Shown here: positions 37,537 to 45,696 of the stretch, in pieces | Position numbering within the stretch: the first letter of the stretch is position 1 | Layout: each line of letters opens with the position of its first letter | Virus record (IMG/VR): IMGVR_UViG_3300029267_004155 | Source: a virus | Taxonomy: Duplodnaviria > Caudoviricetes | Length of the DNA: 64,000 bases | Strand: one strand, 5' to 3' | Notes under the pieces: model-generated | Seen by the model: the letters and a program-made list of their open reading frames with translations, nothing else | The model's database searches: none | What the model was told of the DNA's origin: nothing | Position numbers and translations under genes: made by a program

Positions 37537-38064
37537 ATGGACATGGCCAGGAGGCACATCGTAACCGACATGGGTTCCGCGACGGAGTTGAGGAGCGACT
37601 CCGGGGAGACGCTGTCGATTCCGCGCTACGGGGCCTGGTCCTCGTCGGGCCGGAAGCCGCAGGTGGTCGACACGTCCGACGACCTGGGGGCGCTTCTGAG
37701 GAAGTACGACCTGACCGAGGCTGACGTGGTCAAGATGAGGGGTGCCTCCGACGACGGCGACGTGGCAGGGAGGGTGGCTGCCGGCTTTATGCCGAGAGTG
37801 GCTGGCGAGTCCCTCATCGACCTCGTGATCGACAAGAGGACCTTCTACAAGCTGGAGAGCCAGGTCGACGAGCAGACCTGGGAGCTGGCTCGCGAGGTCT
37901 ACGTCGCCCTGATGAGGGCCCTGGAGCTGGACCGGTCGCAGCACGAGGCGCTGAGCCGTCTCCGGAACAGCGTGACGGGCAGCTACTCCGAGGCGATGCA
38001 CAGGAACAACATGTTCAAGGCGGCGCACGCTCTCGGGATCAAGCTCCCGAGCGCGTCGTTCTGA
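37537..38064 (+). CDS. two-domain cassette protein with internal RVAxxF tag
   Basis: GAGGAG SD; VAGRVAAGFMPRVA linker. Confidence 0.75.
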   Translation: MDMARRHIVTDMGSATELRSDSGETLSIPRYGAWSSSGRKPQVVDTSDDLGALLRKYDLTEADVVKMRGASDDGDVAGRVAAGFMPRVAGESLIDLVIDKRTFYKLESQVDEQTWELAREVYVALMRALELDRSQHEALSRLRNSVTGSYSEAMHRNNMFKAAHALGIKLPSASF

Positions 38065-38074
38065 GGAGGCCGGC

Positions 38075-38503
38075 ATGGACAGCAAGAAGATTGCGAGAGA
38101 GTTGATCGAGGCTGCGAGGGACCTGGCCGGGGCGGAGAGGCCGAACCCGCTGGACGGCCGCACGAAGCGGTCTGCGGCGAACTTCGTGAACAAGCTGTTG
38201 CGGAAGTATGGGCAGGCCGGCATCTTCCGTAACGAAACGAGCTGGCGTCCGTTGAAGATACTGTGGGACGAGCTGCGGGACGAGGGGATACCGTTCGACC
38301 TGAAGAGCGCCGAGTACGGCATCTCCCCGTCGGGGCGGCAGATGGGCCTGGGGATGCCGGACAATAAGACCTGGAAGTTCGAGATCGAGTTCCTGAACGA
38401 CCGTGGGAGGCCGACCAGGCTGTACGGAATCGTGATAGCGTCCGGGGCCGGCACGGTGGAGGACCCGATGGGGTCGTACGACTTGAACGCCTACGTGAGC
38501 TAA
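38075..38503 (+). CDS. leader-tagged cassette protein
   Basis: MDSKKIARELIEAARDLAG; GAGGAG SD. Confidence 0.82.
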   Translation: MDSKKIARELIEAARDLAGAERPNPLDGRTKRSAANFVNKLLRKYGQAGIFRNETSWRPLKILWDELRDEGIPFDLKSAEYGISPSGRQMGLGMPDNKTWKFEIEFLNDRGRPTRLYGIVIASGAGTVEDPMGSYDLNAYVS

Positions 38504-38515
38504 AGGAGAGCCGAG

Positions 38516-38800
38516 ATGGACGAGAAGAGGATGGCCTGGAGGGTGGCGTCGAAGGTCATGGCCGCGCGCCGCCCCGAGATAACCGGGGACCCCCGCAGGG
38601 ACCAGGGGATATGGGAGGGGATCGAGGACGGGGTCTACGAGTTGATCCAGGAGGCTTTAGAGAACGGCTTCGGGAGCATCGACAAGAGCGGGGCCCGGAA
38701 GGTGATCCGGGACGTGGCCCGGGACCACGACGCCGACCAGAAGGCGGTGGAGCACTACTTCTGGGAGGAGTATCACAACACGGAATGGCCCGAGGACTGA
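38516..38800 (+). CDS. cassette protein with RVA-type leader
   Basis: MDEKRMAWRVASKVMAA; AAGGAG SD. Confidence 0.78.
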   Translation: MDEKRMAWRVASKVMAARRPEITGDPRRDQGIWEGIEDGVYELIQEALENGFGSIDKSGARKVIRDVARDHDADQKAVEHYFWEEYHNTEWPED

Positions 38801-38811
38801 GGAGGTTCGAG

Positions 38812-39375
38812 ATGGGTGGCGTGAAGAGATGGCTTGAGGACACGGTGTACGCGGTGGCGGAGGCTCTCGGGGCGGACGGCGACGACGGCGACGTCTTCGA
38901 CGCGATCCATGACTGGCTGGAGGAGGAGGGCCTCGGGCCGTCGACGCCGGTCGACCGGATCGTGGCGCGGGCGAGGCGAGAGCTCCGTGGCAGGTTGAGG
39001 GGCGCGTCCTCGCCGGCGCGGGTTGAGGAAGTCCCAGCAAGGAGGGACGACATGGATGGGACGAGGATCGCGAGCGAGCTGGTGGGGGCGGCCAGGGAGT
39101 TGACGGGCGCCCCCCTTTCCGCCGAGGACGAGATGATCGACCAGGTGGGGAGGAAGATGGGCGTCGCGATGAGCGCCCTCGGAAGCGCCAGGGAGAACAT
39201 TGCCAGGGCGCTCATGTCGGCGACGTCGATCCGGACGATGGAGAAGAGGCTGGGCGTCGCGAACCCGAGGGAGCGCGCCAGGATCGAGGCTCTCGCGAAG
39301 AAGCTGGTGGTGGCGTCGGAGATGGCCGACGAGGCGCGGGAGCTGGCGGCCAGGGTGATGCAGGACTGGACATGA
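38812..39375 (+). CDS. cassette protein fused to leader-tagged cassette (internal start 39052)
   Basis: AGGAGG SD; internal AAGGAGG plus MDGTRIASELVGAARELTG. Confidence 0.75.
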   Translation: MGGVKRWLEDTVYAVAEALGADGDDGDVFDAIHDWLEEEGLGPSTPVDRIVARARRELRGRLRGASSPARVEEVPARRDDMDGTRIASELVGAARELTGAPLSAEDEMIDQVGRKMGVAMSALGSARENIARALMSATSIRTMEKRLGVANPRERARIEALAKKLVVASEMADEARELAARVMQDWT

Positions 39376-41150
39376 ACATGAGGCTGGCCGACGTGGAGGA
39401 CGTTCTGGAGCGGATCGAGCGCACGGTCTGGGACGACGCGCTTGCCGAGGCCATGCGGGACCGGGTCGAGGACCTGTCCCTGTCCGACAGCGGGAAGGTC
39501 TACGGCCCGGTCGAGTTCGGCGAGCCTCGGCAGATGTCGAGGAAGCGGAGGCTGGACATCGGGTGGACGGACCACGCCGAGTACCGGAGCGAGCTTCGGG
39601 ACGTGGACCCGGGAAAGGTGAACGACTCGGTGACGAAGGTGATGCGGGACCGGCTCCGGAAGCAGAGGACGCGGGGCAAGGAGAAACTGAAGGTTCCCGG
39701 AGGCACGGCGGTGGTGGACTACGACCTGAGGGGCAAGCCGGCCGACGCGGACGTGGTGACGGTCTGGGCTTCCGAGTCGGGCAGGCGGGCCGGATGGCGC
39801 GACGTCGCCCGCGAGGTGCCCGGATGGGCGCTCGACTGGATGAGGCGGGCCAGGCGGAGGTTCTCGGACGAGGTCCTCCGGGTGTCCGTCGCCATTGCCT
39901 TCGGGGGGGTTGAGACCACTGGCGCAACGATAGAGAAGGTCTCCAGGAGGATGGGCGTGGAGCTTGGCGCCGACGAGATCGTCCACGTCCTCCACGCCGT
40001 GGAGGAGGTCGTAGAGATGGCGCACGGGCTAAGCGCCTCGGACGAGCGGCCGGACGGGGTTGCGAGAGAGCCGCTGCGGCTGGCCAGGGAGGCGCTGGGG
40101 TCGGAGCTGGGGAGTAGGGGGGTGATCAACGGCACCGACGAGGGCGAGTGGTGGCTCGGGGAGCCTCGCGGCGACTGGTGGCTCCTGTATGGGATGGAGT
40201 CGTCCAGGCATCCCGAGCGCGGCTCGGTGGCGGGGGCGACCGAGCGGCATCCGGGTTTCCTGAAGGCGCTGGGCGGCATCGTGAGGAGGCATCCCGAGGC
40301 CTCCTCCTGGGAGCTCGCCTTCGACGGCCCCTTCGTCCCGGTGGCGGAGCTGCTTGGCCGGGGCTCGGGCCCGGGCGTGAGATGGGCGTCGGTCGTGTTC
40401 TACCACGGCACGTCGGAGAGGGCGTGGGAGCAGATACGCCGCCAGGGCCTCAGGCCGCGTTCCGGGACCAACGTCGAGCCCGCGTACGGGATCGGGGTCG
40501 GGGCAGAGCCGGGACGCGTCGACGCGGTGTACCTGACGACCCAGACCGGCATGGCGCGCTGGGCGGCCAGGGACGCGGCGAGGATGACGGGAGGCGCCCC
40601 GGTGGTTCTGCGGGTGAGGGGGATCGACGGGGACAAGGCGCGGGCGGACGGGGACAGCGGGGAGGCGACCGCCGAGGCGAGCCTGGGCCGCATGGGGTCG
40701 ATCGCGTACGTCGGGGACGTCCCGGCGTCGAAGGTGGAGCTCCACGAGGTCCTGCGGGACCGCAGATGGAGGAAGGAGGCGGGTCGTCGCGGCCACGTCC
40801 TCCGGATTGCCCCGGGTGGCGGAAATGACAGCAAGGAGGAGAGCGAGATGGATGGGACGAAGATCGCGAGAGAGCTGGTCGGGGCGGCGAGGGAGTTGAC
40901 GGCCAGGGGCGAGATGGTGGAGCGGGACTACCTTCCGAGGGAGGCGCTTCCGTATCTCGACGAGCGGGACGAGGCCTACCAGTTCACCGAGAGAGGCAGG
41001 CTGAGCATGTACGCGGACGGCAGGAAGACGGTGGTGGTCTTCTTCAAGATGGAGTTCATGGCCGTCTTCGAGTATGGCGGCGCCGGCGTGACCAGGATGC
41101 TGAAGGCGGACCCGGTCGTGATGGCGGACTATTTCAGGACGGTTCTCTAA
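39372..41150 (+). CDS. polyvalent protein: possible RNase-like domain, ART/Tpt1-like NAD-binding domain and leader-tagged cassette (internal start 40848)
   Basis: WTDHAEYRSELR; FYHGTS..WEQIRRQGLRP...VYLTT...PVVLRV; AAGGAGG plus MDGTKIARELVGAARELTA. Confidence 0.75.
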   Translation: MNMRLADVEDVLERIERTVWDDALAEAMRDRVEDLSLSDSGKVYGPVEFGEPRQMSRKRRLDIGWTDHAEYRSELRDVDPGKVNDSVTKVMRDRLRKQRTRGKEKLKVPGGTAVVDYDLRGKPADADVVTVWASESGRRAGWRDVAREVPGWALDWMRRARRRFSDEVLRVSVAIAFGGVETTGATIEKVSRRMGVELGADEIVHVLHAVEEVVEMAHGLSASDERPDGVAREPLRLAREALGSELGSRGVINGTDEGEWWLGEPRGDWWLLYGMESSRHPERGSVAGATERHPGFLKALGGIVRRHPEASSWELAFDGPFVPVAELLGRGSGPGVRWASVVFYHGTSERAWEQIRRQGLRPRSGTNVEPAYGIGVGAEPGRVDAVYLTTQTGMARWAARDAARMTGGAPVVLRVRGIDGDKARADGDSGEATAEASLGRMGSIAYVGDVPASKVELHEVLRDRRWRKEAGRRGHVLRIAPGGGNDSKEESEMDGTKIARELVGAARELTARGEMVERDYLPREALPYLDERDEAYQFTERGRLSMYADGRKTVVVFFKMEFMAVFEYGGAGVTRMLKADPVVMADYFRTVL

Positions 41151-41161
41151 GGAGGTTCGAC

Positions 41162-41467
41162 ATGGACGAGAGAACGATGATCGACAGGGTTGCCGGGGCC
41201 TTCCGGGCCGAGGTCGTGGAGATGGAGGAGGAGGAGCCTCAGGGCTCGACCCCTGTCAAGGAGAGGCGCAAGGAGGCTGGTCGCACGGCCGATCAGGAGT
41301 ACAAGGAGAGGCGCAGAGAGGTGGACCGGCTCATGGCGAGCGTCCACAAGAAGCTGAGGAGCCACGGCATGGACCAGGAGAGGGCCCCGGATGACTGGGG
41401 CTATGCCGGCGACATGGGCCGCGTCCTGGGGCTGCTGGTCGAGATCGACGGGTTCCTGGGCGGTTGA
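41162..41467 (+). CDS. cassette protein with RVAxxF leader
   Basis: MDERTMIDRVAGAFRA; AAGGAGG SD. Confidence 0.78.
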   Translation: MDERTMIDRVAGAFRAEVVEMEEEEPQGSTPVKERRKEAGRTADQEYKERRREVDRLMASVHKKLRSHGMDQERAPDDWGYAGDMGRVLGLLVEIDGFLGG

Positions 41468-41478
41468 GGGAGACTGAC

Positions 41479-41832
41479 ATGGACAGGACATCGACGAGCG
41501 CCCCGAGGGACCCGTGCCCGGATTGCGTGAGGAAGCACCTCGGCCAGGCGTGCGTCCTGTGCCAGGAGGCGCTCCAGGGATATCCGGACCATCGCTGGCT
41601 GGCGATAGGGCACCTGGCCGAGGCGGAGGCCGAGATCGAGGGAATGTCGCCGGCCCTGGCCGAGCGGTTCCGGGAGGAGCGGAAGGCGCTGGAGGCCGAT
41701 CCTGCCCATCAGCCTCCCTTCGTGGAGCTGATAGCCTCGGTGACGGGCCTGGACGGCGTGACGGCCTGCGACTGCGGAGGCTCGATGGAGGATCGCGTGG
41801 CGGCGGCGTTCATGGGGAGGGCCGGGACGTGA
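41479..41832 (+). CDS. Cys-containing cassette protein with C-terminal RVAxxF tag
   Basis: CPDCVRKHL; ends MEDRVAAAFMGRAGT. Confidence 0.72.
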   Translation: MDRTSTSAPRDPCPDCVRKHLGQACVLCQEALQGYPDHRWLAIGHLAEAEAEIEGMSPALAERFREERKALEADPAHQPPFVELIASVTGLDGVTACDCGGSMEDRVAAAFMGRAGT

Positions 41833-42416
41833 GTGTCGATCCCAGGATGGCGTCGAGGCTGTCGTCGAGGTTGTCGGGGAGGTATGGCGGCCCTTTGTTC
41901 CGGGCTGTCGATTCGAGGGATGGCTCGGCGGCCCTCGGCGAGGGAACGTATTTCACCGACAGCCGCGAGGCTGCCATGGCCTATGGCGACGACGTTCGGG
42001 AGTTCGTGGCCAGGGGTTTGATGGTCCTTGGCACGAACAGCGGCGAGTACGAGATGGTCAGGAGGCGCGCCGACGGGGTTCGGGCCCGGCATCCGTCCGA
42101 GGCCGTGGCGAAGGTGGCCAGGATGGAGGGCTATGACGGGATATACTCGGGTCCCGTCTTCGGGCTGGTGGTGTTCGGATCGGGCATGTCGAAAGTGCGG
42201 GAGGTTCGGACGGCGGGACTGGCCGAGATGGCGGGAGGCATGGACGGGACGAAGATCGCGATAGAGCTGTTGCGGGTGGCTCGTGGGGTCGTTGGCGCCC
42301 CGGTCGACCTGGACGAGAGCAAGAGGTGTTTCCACGGGACGCCGCTGGAGAAGGCTGGACTTAGACATGACGCGCGGCGACGCGTTCGAGGGCCAGGTCG
42401 GCGTGACGGCCTGTGA
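41829..42416 (+). CDS. ADP-ribosyltransferase-like (polyvalent-protein type) domain followed by a leader copy and chimeric tail
   Basis: LFRA, GEGTYFTDSREAAMAY, GYDGI..LVVF; GGGAGG plus MDGTKIAIELLRVARGVVG at 42240. Confidence 0.68.
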   Translation: MSVDPRMASRLSSRLSGRYGGPLFRAVDSRDGSAALGEGTYFTDSREAAMAYGDDVREFVARGLMVLGTNSGEYEMVRRRADGVRARHPSEAVAKVARMEGYDGIYSGPVFGLVVFGSGMSKVREVRTAGLAEMAGGMDGTKIAIELLRVARGVVGAPVDLDESKRCFHGTPLEKAGLRHDARRRVRGPGRRDGL

Positions 42417-42484
42417 TTGTGAAGGCGCCTTGGAGGACCGCGTGGCGTCGTCATTCATGGGCAGGTTCAAATAGGGAGAAGGTC

Positions 42485-42826
42485 ATGGACGGTGAGAAGA
42501 TCGCGAGAGAGCTGATCGAGGCCGCGAGGGAGCTGACGGGGGCGAACGTCGGCCATCATCACAGGCAGGGGTCCGACTGGTACGTCGACTCCAATTTCAT
42601 CAACATCGTCCAGCACGTCTATCCGGGCGGCACCCTGGAGCACATGGGCTTCGGGGAGTTCTACATGGATACGCCGGATGGGAGGCTGGACTTCGACAGG
42701 ATGCACGGCAAGGCGTTCGAGGGCCAGGTCGGAAGGCCGCACCTGCTCCAGGACGACTCTGGCGGCAAGGTGGTAAAGAAGGCCATCAGCCTGATGGAGC
42801 GGGCTGGGAAGTCCGAGGAGGTCTGA
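42485..42826 (+). CDS. leader-tagged cassette protein
   Basis: MDGEKIARELIEAARELTG. Confidence 0.82.
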   Translation: MDGEKIARELIEAARELTGANVGHHHRQGSDWYVDSNFINIVQHVYPGGTLEHMGFGEFYMDTPDGRLDFDRMHGKAFEGQVGRPHLLQDDSGGKVVKKAISLMERAGKSEEV

Positions 42827-42827
42827 C

Positions 42828-43517
42828 GTGGACAGGGACAGGATAGCCAGGAGGGTCGAGGCCGCGGGCGTGGCCTCGGCGGTAGCCAGGGCGAAGGCCG
42901 CGGCGGTCATGGCGATAGCCAGGGCGGTCTCGACCTCCCCGGCCGTCCGGAAGGCCGTGCAGGGGATCGCCACCGACGTTGAGGCGACCGCCGGGCCCGG
43001 CGACGACGGCAGAAGGGCCATCCTCGGGTCGTCTGGGATGGGCGCGGCCCGCGACGCCGTGGCCGACGCCGTGGCCGAAGGCGTCGTCGACGCGGCGCAG
43101 AAGGCGGTCGGCAAGTCTCCGGGGAGACACCGGAGGATGGCGAAGGCCTTCGTCATGAAGGCGCTGCCGATGATCCCGTTCGGCTTCATAGACAACTTCA
43201 TCATGATCCTGGCGGGCAACGCCATCGAGGCGTCCCTGGCCAGCACGCTGGGCCTGAGCGCCATGGCGGCCGCGGGGCTGGGCAACGCGGCCTCCGACGC
43301 CGTCGGGGCCATGAGCCAGGACCGCGTCGACTCCGTTCTCGGGCGGATGGGGCTCGGGGGCCAGCTGGAGGGCGGCAGGGCGGAGGCGCTGGCCGGCTTG
43401 GCCGGCGGGGCCTTCGGGGTCGCCGTGGGCGCCCTGGCCGGAATGTTCCCGCTGCTGCTGTCGGGCTCCGTCGAGGGCTCCATGGCGGAGGACGTGGCCG
43501 ACCGCTTCCTGGGCTGA
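42828..43517 (+). CDS. TMEM65-like membrane protein
   Basis: PMIPFGFIDNFIMILAGNAIEASL..TLGLSAMAAAGLGNAASDAVG matches the TMEM65 core as I recall it; ends MAEDVADRFLG. Confidence 0.78.
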   Translation: MDRDRIARRVEAAGVASAVARAKAAAVMAIARAVSTSPAVRKAVQGIATDVEATAGPGDDGRRAILGSSGMGAARDAVADAVAEGVVDAAQKAVGKSPGRHRRMAKAFVMKALPMIPFGFIDNFIMILAGNAIEASLASTLGLSAMAAAGLGNAASDAVGAMSQDRVDSVLGRMGLGGQLEGGRAEALAGLAGGAFGVAVGALAGMFPLLLSGSVEGSMAEDVADRFLG

Positions 43518-43591
43518 GCCGAAATCGGTGCCGCCTCTCCTTCCCGTTCGCGGGGGGCAGCTTCGTGGCGTATAGTTGAGGGGAGGTGACC

Positions 43592-44569
43592 ATGTACTGT
43601 CTTCGCCCGTTCTACATGATGATAGTGGAGCCGGGCGGCGAGTGCCGCTCGTGCTGCGAGGCCCACGCCTCCAAGTCGTTCGGGAACATCCTCCGCGACG
43701 GCCCCGAGGGGGTCTGGAGGGGGGAGGGCGCCCGGGAGATGCGGGAGTCGATCCTGGACGGGTCCTACCGGTTCTGCCTGGACGGTTGCCCGATCTACCA
43801 GAGGGTGCTGGCTCTTCGCGAGAGCGGCGGCGACCCGCGGACGGGGACCATGGACCTGGGGGCCTGCGTCTCGCGGGAGCCGATGGGCAGGGACCTGGAG
43901 TGGCCGGCCCATCTGCACGTCGGGCACGACACCCGCTGCAACATCCGCTGCCGGAAGTGCCACCACTGGACCATCGAGGTCGACGAGGCCGAGACGGACA
44001 GGGTGGGCGACCTCTGCCTGGGGATGCTGCCGCACGCCAGCGGACTTGCGATGAGCGGGTGCGGGGAGCTGTTCTTCAGCCCGTCCTACGCCAAGGTGCT
44101 CAGGGGCGTCGAGGCGATGCCGAACCTCTTCAAGATGCACGCCATCACCAACGGGACCCTGCTCACGCCGGGGAGGTGGGGGTCGCTGGGGGATGTCGCG
44201 AGCAAGATCGCGAGGGGCTCGCTCAGGGTCTCGGTCGACGCGGCGACGAGGGAGACCTACGACAAGGTCCGGCGCGGTGGCGACTTCGACGTCCTGGCGG
44301 CCAACCTGCGCTTCCTGGGGTCGAGGCCGATCAGCCAGAAGCTGATGTCGATGGTGGTGGAGATGGACAACTTCCGGGAGATGCCGGCGTTCGTGAGGCT
44401 GGCGGCCGAGTGGGGCTTCCGGGCGGTCTTCGAGCAGGTGATCGGGCCCGACGGGTGGAAGCCGTGGATCGACGACGCGCCGGAGAGGGAGGAGTTCGAG
44501 GCGCTGCTGGCCGAGTCGCTGGCCATGGCCAACCTCCTGTGGACCAACTTCCAGGGGGCGGGCAGATGA
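43592..44569 (+). CDS. radical SAM protein with N-terminal SPASM/twitch-like domain
   Basis: CLRPF..IVEPGGECRSCC..GNI..VW; CNIRCRKC; GCGELF, ITNGTLL, SVDAAT.ETY. Confidence 0.85.
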   Translation: MYCLRPFYMMIVEPGGECRSCCEAHASKSFGNILRDGPEGVWRGEGAREMRESILDGSYRFCLDGCPIYQRVLALRESGGDPRTGTMDLGACVSREPMGRDLEWPAHLHVGHDTRCNIRCRKCHHWTIEVDEAETDRVGDLCLGMLPHASGLAMSGCGELFFSPSYAKVLRGVEAMPNLFKMHAITNGTLLTPGRWGSLGDVASKIARGSLRVSVDAATRETYDKVRRGGDFDVLAANLRFLGSRPISQKLMSMVVEMDNFREMPAFVRLAAEWGFRAVFEQVIGPDGWKPWIDDAPEREEFEALLAESLAMANLLWTNFQGAGR

Positions 44570-45639
44570 GGGTCTCCGTCGTCGATTTCGAGTTCCCCGA
44601 GCCGGACAGGAGCTCCGGCGGCCACAGGATGTCCGAGCTGGTCGCGATGATGGTCGGGGCGGGCCACGAGGTCTCGTTCCTGGCCTTCGACTACTGGAGG
44701 AGGTGGGGGGAGCAGGACGGGCGGTACAGGGGCGCGCTTGAGTCCATGGGGGTCCGGTGCGCCTTCGAGCCGGGGGACGGGGTCGGCGCGGTCTCCGCGG
44801 CCTTCTTCCAGGAGGCGATGCCCGACGTGGCCGTGCTGAGCCGGTACTACGTCTTCAACTGCGTGGCTCCATATCTCCAGATCGCCCTTCCCTCGTGCCG
44901 GCTCGTCCTGGACACCGTGGACGTCCACCACGTCCGGGAGAGGCGCATGCTGGAGGTCAAGGGGTTCGGGGACCCCGAGGGGGTGATGCGCGGCGAGGCC
45001 GCGGCCCTGGGGGTGGCTGACAGGACGTGGGCCGTGACGGGGGTCGACGCCGAGGCTTGCCGGAGGTGGGCCCGGGACGTGGTCGTCGTGCCGAACGTCC
45101 ATCAGCCGGTCCCGGGCGGCCTGCCGAGGGGCGAGAGGTCGGGCGTGGTCTTCGTGGGCAACTACGAGCACAGGCCGAACTGGGATGGCGTCTGGTGGTT
45201 CTCCAACCACGTCCTGCCGATGGTCTCCGGGGGCGAGCCGTTCCGCGCGGTCGGGGCGGGCCTCGCCGAGGACGGCTATGGCGACTGGCGGGACGTGGAG
45301 TGCGTGGGGTGGGTGCCGGACCTGGCGGCCTACCTGGGAGGGTGCCTGGTGGCGGTGGCCCCGCTCCGGTTCGGGTCGGGGATGAAGGGGAAGATAGGGG
45401 ACTACCTGGCGGCCGGGGTGCCGACCGTGACCACCTCCGTGGGCGCGGAGGGCATGGGGCTGGCGGATGGCCGGGAGGTGCTCGTGCGCGACGAGCCGCG
45501 CGACTTCGCCGAGGCGGTGTCGACTCTTTGCCGGGATGAGAGCTTGTGGGGATCGATGGGCGCGGCGGGCAGGGAATGGGCGTCGGGGTTCTCGCGGGAG
45601 GCGGTGGCCCCGGGCCTGGAAGGCGCCTTGGCGTTCTGA
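44566..45639 (+). CDS. GT4 glycosyltransferase
   Basis: PEPDRSSGG, LDTVDVH, FVGNYEHRPN, PLRFGSGMKGKI. Confidence 0.88.
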   Translation: MRVSVVDFEFPEPDRSSGGHRMSELVAMMVGAGHEVSFLAFDYWRRWGEQDGRYRGALESMGVRCAFEPGDGVGAVSAAFFQEAMPDVAVLSRYYVFNCVAPYLQIALPSCRLVLDTVDVHHVRERRMLEVKGFGDPEGVMRGEAAALGVADRTWAVTGVDAEACRRWARDVVVVPNVHQPVPGGLPRGERSGVVFVGNYEHRPNWDGVWWFSNHVLPMVSGGEPFRAVGAGLAEDGYGDWRDVECVGWVPDLAAYLGGCLVAVAPLRFGSGMKGKIGDYLAAGVPTVTTSVGAEGMGLADGREVLVRDEPRDFAEAVSTLCRDESLWGSMGAAGREWASGFSREAVAPGLEGALAF

Positions 45640-45669
45640 GAATTGTTTGATACCGGGGCCTTTGTTGGA
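45640..45669 (+). promoter_or_regulatory. GAATnnTTTGATA..GG.GCCTTTG motif (copy 2)
   Basis: 23/30 identical to 52940-52969 by hand alignment; intergenic. Confidence 0.55.
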
Positions 45670-45696
45670 CGGCAGAAAAGGATGAAGGAGACAGTC

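Noticed and set aside
33267-42826. Tag repeats as a CRISPR array or integron attC cassettes
   Set aside because: Repeats are protein-coding, vary at synonymous sites, are irregularly spaced by hundreds of bp and are not palindromic; no cas1/cas2 or integron integrase is seen.
43538-43560. Hairpin CCCG-TTCG-CGGG after the TMEM65-like gene as an intrinsic terminator
   Set aside because: Short stem with no U-tract; cannot be supported.
33267-44569. Tagged ORFs as RiPP precursors for the adjacent radical SAM enzyme
   Set aside because: Cargoes are domain-sized and the array includes enzyme-like folds; tags also occur internally and C-terminally; no double-Gly site, RRE or transporter is visible. 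Not fully excluded.
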